A DNA stretch of 55,849 nucleotides from Candidatus Micrarchaeota archaeon (lineage in GTDB: Archaea; Micrarchaeota; Micrarchaeia; Anstonellales; SKW190). The position numbers and the translations under genes are program-made. The notes under the pieces were generated by a model. The model saw only the letters and a list, made by a program, of their open reading frames with translations, was not told where the DNA came from and ran no database searches. Positions 1 through 8,849 of this stretch are shown here, in pieces (positions within the stretch are counted from its first letter, which is position 1; each line of letters begins with the position of its first letter). Where the stretch lies: positions 1 through 55,849 of the forward strand of contig JAOAJI010000003.1 of the NCBI GenBank assembly GCA_026414265.1, written 5' to 3'.

Positions 1-1005
1 GGCTTAGCGAGTGGAAGGCTTAGTGAAATTTATCCTATAATAGGGTATGTCGAAAGGTTGAAAAACCAAGAAGGGTTGTCTAATCAACAAATAGCAACAA
101 TATTAAATCAAGAACTACAAAAACTTGGACTTAACATAGTTAGTATCACAGCTACTGACGTGCAAAACTTCTTGAACATCGCTAGAAATAATACTAGCAA
201 TAACCTTGGAGAAATGCGCTCTCTTGAAAAGGCTATTGCTATTACATCTGCCGCTACACATAAAACTCACAAAAAAGAAGAAGCAGAGTCTCTGATTAAA
301 CAAGCTTATGAATTAACTGTCACAGTCATAGCTCATTCAAAAGTTTTTCAACTCGCTGAAGATATCTCTAAAGAAAATGCAATAACTAAAAGTATTGAAG
401 AAGTCGCTAAAGCTCTCGCTGAATTGTTCAAGAAAATCGCTGAAAACGTAAATAAAATTCTTGAAGAAAGGGAAAAGCAACAACAGCAAACTGGAGAAAA
501 TGAAACACGAAAATTGGAACTGACAAACAATTTCATCGAGGGAGTAGTAATAGCTGTAACAGGAAACCTAAGTGATTCAGTTAAAGAAGTTGTAGGGCAT
601 GCAGCAGAGGTTATTAACAATTTACATAGAGAAGACAGTTCTTTGAGGACAAACGACTATTTAGAAGAAGGCTCGATCAAGTTATCTGCTCTAGTAGCTA
701 TTGCTTGTAGCGAGTTGGAACGTGGTGAAAGACTGAACAGACAGCCACAACAAAATCACACATATGTTACAGGATTGATAAAAGCTATGCTGATTAATGA
801 AGGAGTGGAAGAGAAAAATGCGGAAGAAATGTCAAAAGCCATAGTTGCAGCTGCTTCTAAGATAATCGAAGTTATGAAAGATCCTAGCCTTTCAGAACAA
901 CAAAAAACAGAAAATATAAACAAAATTTTAGAAGAGACCTTGACTACACATGGACCTAAGTTGGTTAATTTGAAAGACATGATTCCTACTCTAACATACG
1001 CCTAA
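1..1005 (+). CDS. Hypothetical alpha-helical/coiled-coil protein, 5'-truncated (C-terminal part of a longer gene)
   Basis: Frame 1 is open from base 1 (GLASGRLSEIYPIIGYVERLKNQ...) to TAA at 1003-1005, so the TTG at 58 is probably not the true start. A/E/K/Q-rich helical sequence with no recognisable motif. Confidence 0.75.
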   Translation, partial: GLASGRLSEIYPIIGYVERLKNQEGLSNQQIATILNQELQKLGLNIVSITATDVQNFLNIARNNTSNNLGEMRSLEKAIAITSAATHKTHKKEEAESLIKQAYELTVTVIAHSKVFQLAEDISKENAITKSIEEVAKALAELFKKIAENVNKILEEREKQQQQTGENETRKLELTNNFIEGVVIAVTGNLSDSVKEVVGHAAEVINNLHREDSSLRTNDYLEEGSIKLSALVAIACSELERGERLNRQPQQNHTYVTGLIKAMLINEGVEEKNAEEMSKAIVAAASKIIEVMKDPSLSEQQKTENINKILEETLTTHGPKLVNLKDMIPTLTYA

Positions 1006-1069
1006 GTTAGTTTGAATGCTGACAAAGGCAAAAGGCAAAAATGAATTGAATTTATTGAAGAGGAATTTT

Positions 1070-1981
1070 TCAAAGGTCTATGTCGATCTTGAGCTCCTTC
1101 TTTAGCTCTCTGTATCTGTTTCTTATCGTGACTTCTGTCACACCTGCAACGTCAGCAACCTCTTTCTGCGTCCTCTTTTCAGAATGCAGAGCTGAAGCGA
1201 TGTAGACTGCTGCTGCCGCAACACCAGTTGGACCTCTGCCAGAAATCAAACCGCCTTTCAAAGAGTCCTTGAGAAGTCTTATCGCAGTTTCTTGAACCTC
1301 ACCGCTCAACTTCAAAGCAGCTACAAATTTAGGCACGTACTGAGTAGGATCAGTGAGTGGCACGTCAAGCCCGAGTTCACGTCTGATAAAACGATAAGCT
1401 CTGCCTATTTCTTTCTTTTCAATAGAAGATACTTTGGCTATTTCATCGAGAGTTCTCGGAATGCCGTTCATCCTGCAAACTGCGTAAATGACTGCAGCTA
1501 CGACGCTTTCTATAAGCCTGCCCCTTATGAGCTCTGCCTTTATGCACCTCCTGTAGAGGACTGCTGCAGCCTCACGGATGTCAGGAGACAGTCCAAGGTA
1601 AGAGGCTATCCTGTCTAGCTCTGTGAGGGCTATAGCCAAATTCCTTTCAACTGAAGAAGCTATCGAAGCCCTCTTGTGCCATTTCCTTATCCTGTACATT
1701 TGAGCTTGTTTTTGAGCAGAAATCCTACCACCCTTGAGATCTACATTTTTCATGTCAATTTCTGTAGACAAACCCTTGTTAGGTCTTGTGAACCTTGTAG
1801 GTGCTCCACCCCTTGCACGTTTTTCTCTCTGCTCTGCGTCAAAGGCCCTCCATTCAGGACCGAAGTCAGCGACGTTGTCACTGACAACTGTACCGCAATC
1901 TGCACAAAGTATTTCTCCTCTTTCGTAATCTTTCTGTAGTTTTTTCGAGCCACAAGATGGACAAGTGTTTTCGTCAGTCAT
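1070..1981 (-). CDS. tfb: Transcription initiation factor IIB (TFB)
   Basis: Zn ribbon CPSC...CADCG, B-reader GPEWRAF, two cyclin repeats (RGR..ESVVAA; SGRGPTGVAAAA), C-terminal VTEVTIRNRY. SD-like GGAGCTGA upstream. Confidence 0.98.
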   Translation of the reverse strand: MTDENTCPSCGSKKLQKDYERGEILCADCGTVVSDNVADFGPEWRAFDAEQREKRARGGAPTRFTRPNKGLSTEIDMKNVDLKGGRISAQKQAQMYRIRKWHKRASIASSVERNLAIALTELDRIASYLGLSPDIREAAAVLYRRCIKAELIRGRLIESVVAAVIYAVCRMNGIPRTLDEIAKVSSIEKKEIGRAYRFIRRELGLDVPLTDPTQYVPKFVAALKLSGEVQETAIRLLKDSLKGGLISGRGPTGVAAAAVYIASALHSEKRTQKEVADVAGVTEVTIRNRYRELKKELKIDIDL

Positions 1982-2028
1982 GGAATCAGCTCCAGAAGAA
2001 TAAGGTTTTTAATAATTACTAATCTATA

Positions 2029-2050
2029 CGAAAGATTTATAAACGTTTGT
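2029..2050. promoter_or_regulatory. Putative bidirectional BRE-TATA promoter between tfb and the 2111 operon
   Basis: Palindromic TTTATAAA at 2036-2043, preceded by purine-rich CGAAAGA on + and ACAAACG on -, in a divergent intergenic region. Confidence 0.55.
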
Positions 2051-2110
2051 AGCATTGTTTTGTTAAAAGTACTGTTTATATTTTCTTAAACGAAATTATT
2101 ATGTGATTCT

Positions 2111-2626
2111 ATGAATTTAATTGATGAATCTGAAAAGAAATTTGAAGAACTTGCTAAAAAGTATGAGGAAAAAAATTACGTCTATTCGATAATATACATT
2201 GACATGCACGGTAAAGATGAAGATGATGTGAGAAATCTTTTGGTTGAATTACTTACGAGAATAAACAAAGAAGACAACGTCATTGCGTATTATGGAAAAA
2301 TCCTAGAACCAATAAAGGAAAACGACATAGTTTCAACCACAGCTGAAGTTAAATTAATCACCAAAGATTTGTTGAGCCTGTCAAGGATTTGTAACAAATA
2401 CAATCCTTTCGCAATAGAAATACTGAAGCCAGAAAAGTACGTAATAAATGCGAACGAAGCGGCATTACTTTTGCTTGAAGCATCAAATCAGATCTACAAC
2501 TATTCCGAGTACATAGTAAAAAATTCTCTAGATATAGACAAGCTCAAGAAGTATCTACAGGAACAAGAAAACAGAAAACTGTTGGGCAAAAAGCTTTTGG
2601 AAGAGTTTGAGAAGAAAAAGAAGTGA
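2111..2626 (+). CDS. Conserved archaeal-type hypothetical protein
   Basis: 171-aa ORF with a KYNPFAIEILKPE motif and a coiled C-terminus. First gene of an apparent operon with the KaiC-like ATPase and trpS. Confidence 0.8.
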   Translation: MNLIDESEKKFEELAKKYEEKNYVYSIIYIDMHGKDEDDVRNLLVELLTRINKEDNVIAYYGKILEPIKENDIVSTTAEVKLITKDLLSLSRICNKYNPFAIEILKPEKYVINANEAALLLLEASNQIYNYSEYIVKNSLDIDKLKKYLQEQENRKLLGKKLLEEFEKKKK

Positions 2627-2630
2627 TACC

Positions 2631-3509
2631 ATGACATATGCTAATGATGAAGACAAAGAATTGCCCTTGGACCCAGTATTGGCAAAGAGGGCAGAGCACT
2701 TGGAAAAATTGAGAGAGATGCTGCTGAAGTCTATCGAAGTAAAGAAGAAACAGATACAAGAAAAAGGGTTTGTTTTAGCTCGAACCAACTTAGGTATCCA
2801 TGGAATAGAAAAAATTGTTTTTGACATGCCTAAGAAAAACAGCATAATAATCTTAAACGGCCCATTCGGTTCAGGCATGACTATATTTGCTCTGAAATTT
2901 TTATATCATGGTATAACAAAGGAAAACGAGAACGGGATTTACATATCCTTTGACGAGACTAAAGACAGTATTTTAACCACTGCAAAGATATTCAACATGG
3001 ACTTCGAAATTTTAGAAAGAGAAAAGAAGTTCTTGTTTATAGAGTACCCTTACAACGAGCTCAACCACTTCGACGACAAAGAGTCAGTCATCAAAGACTT
3101 TATTTACAGTATTGACGCAAAAAGGCTGGTAATCGATTGCATAACACCATTTATGCTTTTGCACGATAATCAGTTGCAGTTGAGGAAAAGGACCAAGGAA
3201 CTCTTTGAAAGACTGAGAAGCTGGGAATGCACTACTTTGATGATAGCAGAAAACTTGAGTTTTGAAGAAGCGAACAGAAATCCTTTTGTCAAACTTTCCG
3301 ATGGCTTCATCCAATTCTATTTCAACAAAATAGGGAACCATAGGATAAGAGAGATAGAAATAACCAAACTCAGGGGCAGTAGACACAGTTACGATACTTT
3401 TGTTTTCGAGATAAACGAAAAGGAAGGGATAAGAATACTTGAAAAAGTGATAAGTAATGAAGAAAGATCTAAACAAAGAAGAGTTAAATCCTTGGGAAAA
3501 CGACCTTGA
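2631..3509 (+). CDS. Single-domain KaiC/RAD55-like RecA-superfamily ATPase with degenerate Walker A
   Basis: LGIHGIE, Walker A-like GPFGSGMT, YISFDE, Walker B RLVIDC, SDG, and R.IEITKLRGS.H. ATG at 2631 follows the SD-like AAGTGA; the track start at 2607 overlaps the upstream gene. Confidence 0.85.
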   Translation: MTYANDEDKELPLDPVLAKRAEHLEKLREMLLKSIEVKKKQIQEKGFVLARTNLGIHGIEKIVFDMPKKNSIIILNGPFGSGMTIFALKFLYHGITKENENGIYISFDETKDSILTTAKIFNMDFEILEREKKFLFIEYPYNELNHFDDKESVIKDFIYSIDAKRLVIDCITPFMLLHDNQLQLRKRTKELFERLRSWECTTLMIAENLSFEEANRNPFVKLSDGFIQFYFNKIGNHRIREIEITKLRGSRHSYDTFVFEINEKEGIRILEKVISNEERSKQRRVKSLGKRP

Positions 3510-4593
3510 CAGGGAGTCCTTTGATTACACCAAATACTTCAGAGAATTCGGTTTAAGAGAGATAGAAAATTCGTTACTATTTGAAGTAAACAAACTGATA
3601 GAGGAAAAAAAAATTTCAGGAATAAACTATTTCAAGAGAAAAATTCTTTTTGCCCACAGAGACTTTGACAAATTCCTTGATGCATACAAAAAAAGAAAGA
3701 GAATAGCTATTTTATCAGGCATAAAACCTTCCAACGACTTCCACTTGGGCAGTAAACTGGTTGCTGACATACTTGTTTTTTTACAAAAGGTTTTCGATTG
3801 CAAAATTTATTACTGCATAGCAGATCTAGAAGCTATCGCAGACAACAATTTGTCTGAATCTGAATGCAAAAGCTATGCGATCTCAAATTTAACAGATTTG
3901 TTGGCTTTGGGGATAGACACAAAAAATCTTTACGTGTATTTCCAGTCACGTGAAATAAGGGTTCTTAGGAAAGCGTTTCTGTGCTCTACAAAGACAACTA
4001 ATTCTACGTTAAGAGCGGTTTACGGAGATAGAGAAATAGACTTGTTTTTCAGTGCAATGACACAGATGGGTGACATTTTCCTGCCTTACGAAGATAATTA
4101 CGATCTTGTTCTTGTGCCTGTTGGAATTGATCAAGATCCACACATAAGGCTTGCCAGAGACCTTGCGATCAAACTAGGATATGATCAGCCGTGCTCCTTG
4201 TACATCAAGTTCATGCGCGGTTTAGACGGTAGCTTTAAGATGAGTAAGAGAAACAGACAGAACATTTTGAGCCTTTCCGAAGACGTTTCTGTAGTAAAAA
4301 CCAAGTTAAGGAACGTATTTACTGGTGGCAGAAACACTGCTGAAGAACAGAGAAGGTTAGGTGGAGAGATAGAAAAATGCGTTTTTTACGAGCTCTGCGA
4401 ATCACACTTTATCAAAGAACAAGAATTGCTTGAACAGATGAGAGGAGATTGTCTAAGTGGCAGAATACTCTGTGGTGAATGCAAAAACCGTTACGGGAAG
4501 ATTGTGACTGAGTTCTTTGAGCAACACAAAGAGAAAAGAGAACTAAACAGAGCACTGGCAGAAAAGATGATAGAAAAAAGTTTGAGCAGATGA
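3457..4593 (+). CDS. trpS: Tryptophan--tRNA ligase (archaeal type)
   Basis: AHRDFD, SGIKPS..FHLG (HIGH-like), VPVGIDQDPHIRLARD, KMSKR, TGGR.T.EEQR..GG and the Fe-S Cys motif C...G..LCGECK. Confidence 0.96.
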   Translation: MKKDLNKEELNPWENDLDRESFDYTKYFREFGLREIENSLLFEVNKLIEEKKISGINYFKRKILFAHRDFDKFLDAYKKRKRIAILSGIKPSNDFHLGSKLVADILVFLQKVFDCKIYYCIADLEAIADNNLSESECKSYAISNLTDLLALGIDTKNLYVYFQSREIRVLRKAFLCSTKTTNSTLRAVYGDREIDLFFSAMTQMGDIFLPYEDNYDLVLVPVGIDQDPHIRLARDLAIKLGYDQPCSLYIKFMRGLDGSFKMSKRNRQNILSLSEDVSVVKTKLRNVFTGGRNTAEEQRRLGGEIEKCVFYELCESHFIKEQELLEQMRGDCLSGRILCGECKNRYGKIVTEFFEQHKEKRELNRALAEKMIEKSLSR

Positions 4594-4598
4594 TGATA

Positions 4599-5156
4599 CT
4601 ACACTTCTACGTAAGAATAACCTGCTACTAACTTCAGATCAGAAATATCTAGAACGTTAGGCAAAAATTCAACTATCCTGTAGTCGTTTTCTGAATTGCT
4701 TTTTAAAACAATAGAAATGGCTTTTGAATAGTTGTCTATTATCATAATGTTGGAAAATTCAAGAAAAGAATCGTCTTTCAGCTTGAGCCTGAGAGGAAAA
4801 CTGAACATAATTGTTACTCTGTTTATTTTGTCTAGATCGTTTATCTGAAAGCCTATAATTTCTTCGTTCTTTTTCAAGTAATTCAATTTCAAATCATTAA
4901 CTCTGTCTTCTGCAGTAATACAAGTTTCAATCAATTCCTGTAATGCATGTATCTTTTGTATGAAAGAGGTGTATTCTTTTTTTGAAACAATTACTAGAGC
5001 AAAATTAGAAGACGATCTGATTATACATATTTCTTTTTGCTCAAGGTTGATATCGAGTTTTTTTCTCACGTTTATGCATGCACATGAAATTATTTTTCCG
5101 AATTCGTTGATCTTGTTGTAGAAAGCAAAAAAACTGATCATAACAACATCAGACAC
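4599..5156 (-). CDS. Hypothetical protein
   Basis: 185-aa ORF filling the gap between trpS and the 5157 ORF. Start uncertain: the GTG lies in frame directly after the upstream TAA. Confidence 0.6.
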   Translation of the reverse strand: MSDVVMISFFAFYNKINEFGKIISCACINVRKKLDINLEQKEICIIRSSSNFALVIVSKKEYTSFIQKIHALQELIETCITAEDRVNDLKLNYLKKNEEIIGFQINDLDKINRVTIMFSFPLRLKLKDDSFLEFSNIMIIDNYSKAISIVLKSNSENDYRIVEFLPNVLDISDLKLVAGYSYVEV

Positions 5157-5528
5157 TTATTTTTGAGCATTATCCACGAAGATCAATTTGTCTTTTGTTA
5201 TACCAGCAATGAATTTTTGACCTTCTTTGGTTGTTATTTCAACTTTGTTGTAGTTGTTGGTCCCTGTATTAACAATGTTAACGCTATTGACTGATGTAAA
5301 GTTTCTCTTCAAGTAAGTGATTAGATCGTTCAGGTTTCGGAAGTTCGGATCTCTGAGCAATCTTTGGATCATCCTTGCCAAATCCTTTGTAGAAAAATAA
5401 GGTTTTTTTAGAATATCTTTTGAAGGTATTACGTTCGTATTTGGTATTGTTACACGAGCACGTATCGTATTCAAAGTGTTTTTCTCGATGTTTGTTTTTT
5501 GTTGTTGCTCAAGCATATTACTTGTCAC
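5157..5528 (-). CDS. Hypothetical protein
   Basis: 123-aa ORF 5 bp downstream of purD, with a Q/N-rich N-terminus and no motif. Confidence 0.65.
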   Translation of the reverse strand: MTSNMLEQQQKTNIEKNTLNTIRARVTIPNTNVIPSKDILKKPYFSTKDLARMIQRLLRDPNFRNLNDLITYLKRNFTSVNSVNIVNTGTNNYNKVEITTKEGQKFIAGITKDKLIFVDNAQK

Positions 5529-5533
5529 TGCTC

Positions 5534-6871
5534 TTACATCAGGTTCAATTCTTTAAGGTAGTTAAGCTTTTTATAGATTAGCTTTTGTGTGCCTATGTCG
5601 CTTCTGTGGTACAATTCCCCTGCAAAAGAAGTTCTTATGTCCATTTCAACCCTTCTTTCTGCAGAATAGAAATCGATGTCTTTTGCTATTACTGCAATTG
5701 CCCGTGAAGAAGTCGTGAATATCTTTCCTTCTTTCTCGTACACTGAAGCAAAATAGAACTTTTCCCTTGGCTTTGCTATGATGATTTCCTTGTCTTTGGC
5801 CGGGTTATCAGGATAACCATTAGGTACTAGATACTTGCACACTGTAGCGTTTCTTTTAAAAGACACCTTTTTGCTTGAAATCAGCCTGTTGTTTGCTATC
5901 GATTCTAAAACTTCTGCGAGATTACCTTGGAAAATCGAGAGGACGTTGATCGCTTCAGGGTCTCCGAAACGTGAATTGAACTCTATAACTTTTATTCCTT
6001 TGGTAGAGAGCATGCATTGGAGATAAAGTACTCCTTTGAAGTATTGCTTGGTCTCTTTGTAGAAAGCGTTCAATGTCTTTTTGGCTATTTCAATAGCTTC
6101 TTCGTAGTCAGAAATGCTTATAAAAGGCAAAAGATGATTTTGTGTAGAATAAGAGCCCATACCACCAGTGTTAGGCCCTTGATCGTCTTCGAGTAGATTT
6201 TTATGGTCCTGTACTAGTGGCATAGGTATTATGTTTTTCCCGTCAGTGAATATTTGTAGCGTAAACTCTTGGCCCAAAAGCCTCTCTTCTATCACAACAG
6301 TTTCTATTCCAGAGTACTTGCTTTCAAGTAACTCTTTTGCATAAGCTTTTGCCTCTTCTTCATCTTTGAGTTGTATTCCAGTCACCTTGACGCCCTTGCC
6401 TCCAGTGAGTCCAGCAGGCTTGACAGCAACTTGCTTGTGCTTCTCTATGAAATCGTTCAATTCCTTGATGTCATTAGAGGCTATGAACTCTGGAACTCCT
6501 TTAATTTTGTGCTTTTTCATGAGTCTTCTGGCAAAAGATTTATCCCATTCGATCATTGCCTGAGCCTTTGTAGGAGAGGCTACTTTAACTTTGTGCTTTT
6601 TTATCATGTCAGTAACTCCCTTGAAAAGCAACCCGTCTGGAGAAACAAAAGCGAAATCCACTTTGTTGTTTTTGAGTATTTCGTTTATTGTCTTTTCGTT
6701 GATCTCGGAAGAATAGAATTTGCCTGATGAGAGTATCGCGAGTCTCTTTATTCCAGGATGATCTTTAGAGCATAAGCAGATTAGTTTAGCGTTAGCCTCA
6801 CTGAGCTTCTCTGCTATTATGTGCTCTCTTGCGCCATCGCCCACCAACAAAATGCTTGGCTTTCTTTCCAT
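5534..6871 (-). CDS. purD: Phosphoribosylamine--glycine ligase (GAR synthetase)
   Basis: G.GAREH, E.DKSF, VKPAGLTGGKGV, EE.L.G.EF, QDHK...D.GPNTGGMG, EFNSRFGDPE, GYP, YHRSDIG. SD GGGTGA. Confidence 0.97.
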   Translation of the reverse strand: MERKPSILLVGDGAREHIIAEKLSEANAKLICLCSKDHPGIKRLAILSSGKFYSSEINEKTINEILKNNKVDFAFVSPDGLLFKGVTDMIKKHKVKVASPTKAQAMIEWDKSFARRLMKKHKIKGVPEFIASNDIKELNDFIEKHKQVAVKPAGLTGGKGVKVTGIQLKDEEEAKAYAKELLESKYSGIETVVIEERLLGQEFTLQIFTDGKNIIPMPLVQDHKNLLEDDQGPNTGGMGSYSTQNHLLPFISISDYEEAIEIAKKTLNAFYKETKQYFKGVLYLQCMLSTKGIKVIEFNSRFGDPEAINVLSIFQGNLAEVLESIANNRLISSKKVSFKRNATVCKYLVPNGYPDNPAKDKEIIIAKPREKFYFASVYEKEGKIFTTSSRAIAVIAKDIDFYSAERRVEMDIRTSFAGELYHRSDIGTQKLIYKKLNYLKELNLM

Positions 6872-6911
6872 ACCTTCACCCGATTCTTAATTATTAATTA
6901 CATTCATGAAC

Positions 6912-8075
6912 TTATAATAATCTTTGAGAGGTTGTTATTATATAGTTTAGAGCTATCGAGCCCATGCCAAGGAACCGTTTAATATTGTTATAGTATGGTA
7001 TGAAGCCAAGGATAGAGAACAAGAAAAGAAATACAATTCCAGTATAAGAATTGATAACGTAATTAGAAATTACGATAAGAATCAAATAGAACGCACGCAA
7101 GTTGTTCATGACATAGCTCTTAATTTCATTTATTTTTTTCAAAAGAATGAATATCGTTATCACTGATGCGATTAATGATAAGAATATTGTGAATATAATT
7201 ATAACGAGATTATCGTAGCCTGTGATCGATTCGATCGATGCTGAGAAACCAGTTCTTTTCAGTGAAACTGAATAATTTGAAATTACTGTAGTGAATAGAT
7301 GAGATGCGCTTATTGCAGACAATAGTATTATACAACTGTAATCGTTTTTCAAAAAAGGCAGTGCTAAAAAAGCCAGTTGCGCGTCACTTGAAATAGTAGG
7401 CAATACTTCTGCTACTGTAGATAACAATATCGCTATTAATATCACGTTCAAATTCCTGAATATCAAAGCTAATGCTTTTTCAGTATCTTTTCGAGTGAAT
7501 GAAAAAGATATTTGGTTGTGATTGGTATTGCTTGACGAGATTATTGCAGTCACTCCGAACAAGGCTGAAAATATTGTAATGAAAGGATTGCTCAAGTGAT
7601 TGAATGCAAGAATACCAAGATAGCCGCAGAGCAAAAAATATATCAGAGCAATTAATTTGTTGTTTTCTGCAAGTATGGCATATGTTGTGAAGATAATTAC
7701 GAAAAATAACAACAATGCCTGATTGAAGTAATTAGTATAGCCCTTGTAGAAATCAATGATCAAGTTATGAATTAAGAGACAGATCAAAGAAGTGAGAATT
7801 GTAGTAAATGCTATTAAAAGGATTGCCAACATAGTCTTGTTTTTGAGCACTAGCCTTTGTGCTGGTAAAGGCATTATCGTAGTAGAACTGTCTGGTATAA
7901 AGAACAGAGTGCTTATTATCATAGTGAAAAACGCTTGTGAGGAATACAATACAGCCAATGAAAGCTCTCTACTATTGAAATTACTGAACAAAAAGCTGAT
8001 GTTGTTAGGATGGAATGCAGGAATGAGTGATGTGACAAAAGCAGTGAAAAAAGCCAAAACTATTTCCAAAGGCAT
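6912..8075 (-). CDS. TctA/DUF112-family multi-pass membrane permease (divergent)
   Basis: Many hydrophobic helices. IPAFHPNN and FIPDSSTTIMPLPAQRLV resemble the PG.H.N and PD....LP.HR motifs of archaeal TctA-like proteins. Confidence 0.7.
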   Translation of the reverse strand: MPLEIVLAFFTAFVTSLIPAFHPNNISFLFSNFNSRELSLAVLYSSQAFFTMIISTLFFIPDSSTTIMPLPAQRLVLKNKTMLAILLIAFTTILTSLICLLIHNLIIDFYKGYTNYFNQALLLFFVIIFTTYAILAENNKLIALIYFLLCGYLGILAFNHLSNPFITIFSALFGVTAIISSSNTNHNQISFSFTRKDTEKALALIFRNLNVILIAILLSTVAEVLPTISSDAQLAFLALPFLKNDYSCIILLSAISASHLFTTVISNYSVSLKRTGFSASIESITGYDNLVIIIFTIFLSLIASVITIFILLKKINEIKSYVMNNLRAFYLILIVISNYVINSYTGIVFLFLFSILGFIPYYNNIKRFLGMGSIALNYIITTSQRLL

Positions 8076-8109
8076 CAGATATGTTTTTGGTTGAACGGTA
8101 TTTTATTAT

Positions 8110-8835
8110 ATGATTATAAACGTTATATTCGATAGATTTATGAATATTATGCTTTGGTCTGTGTCTGCCAAAATACGGTTCAAGTTATTTGTAATCATTA
8201 CTCTGTTTTTGGTATTCAATGAAACGAGTTTGTTACATGCATCTGTTACTCTGAGCAAGACCAACATAACTTGCTGTGATTACTTCGATACAGTTTTAAC
8301 AGTAAAAGACCCTTACGGCAAAGAAGCAGAAAACGTTGCAGTAAAAGTTTATATTGTTACAAACGATGGTGTGAAAAAAGACCTGAGCAAATACCCTTAC
8401 TACACTGATAAGAAAGGCCAGGTAAAGATTTTGTACAAGCCCATGCCAGGTGAAGCACTGAGAATAGAGATAGACGAACCTTGGTTGAGCTATTCAGCAA
8501 TAATACCTGTTAAAGTACCTGATAAAACTAAAGAAAATTTGATTTTTTTGGTTCTTGGCAGTGTTTTTGCCTTGATATTTATGTTTTTCTTGATAAAACA
8601 ACTCAAGTTAAGGTACCACATAAACTTACTGTTGACGAACATAAAAAAGAAGATGGAGTTGATGAAGAAGAAGAAACAGGAACAGCAGCTTGGCTTGGGA
8701 AAGTCAACCGAAAAAGGAAAAATTACACCTACGATTGCTCAACCACAAAACAAAGCAGCAACGGCTTGGGTTTATACAACAAAGAGCGTGACAAAGAAGC
8801 CTGTTGCACAGGCTAAACCTTTTGGCAAGAAGTAA
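8110..8835 (+). CDS. Hypothetical single-pass membrane protein with Ig-like ectodomain
   Basis: Signal-like hydrophobic segment, beta-rich LTVKDPYG...YTDKKGQV, TM LIFLVLGSVFALIFMFFLI and a K-rich tail. Start codon uncertain. Confidence 0.75.
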   Translation: MIINVIFDRFMNIMLWSVSAKIRFKLFVIITLFLVFNETSLLHASVTLSKTNITCCDYFDTVLTVKDPYGKEAENVAVKVYIVTNDGVKKDLSKYPYYTDKKGQVKILYKPMPGEALRIEIDEPWLSYSAIIPVKVPDKTKENLIFLVLGSVFALIFMFFLIKQLKLRYHINLLLTNIKKKMELMKKKKQEQQLGLGKSTEKGKITPTIAQPQNKAATAWVYTTKSVTKKPVAQAKPFGKK

Positions 8836-8849
8836 AAATTTTTAGGAAC

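Noticed and set aside
2631-3509. Circadian KaiABC clock
   Set aside because: Single RecA domain, no kaiA or kaiB nearby, and a broken Walker A.
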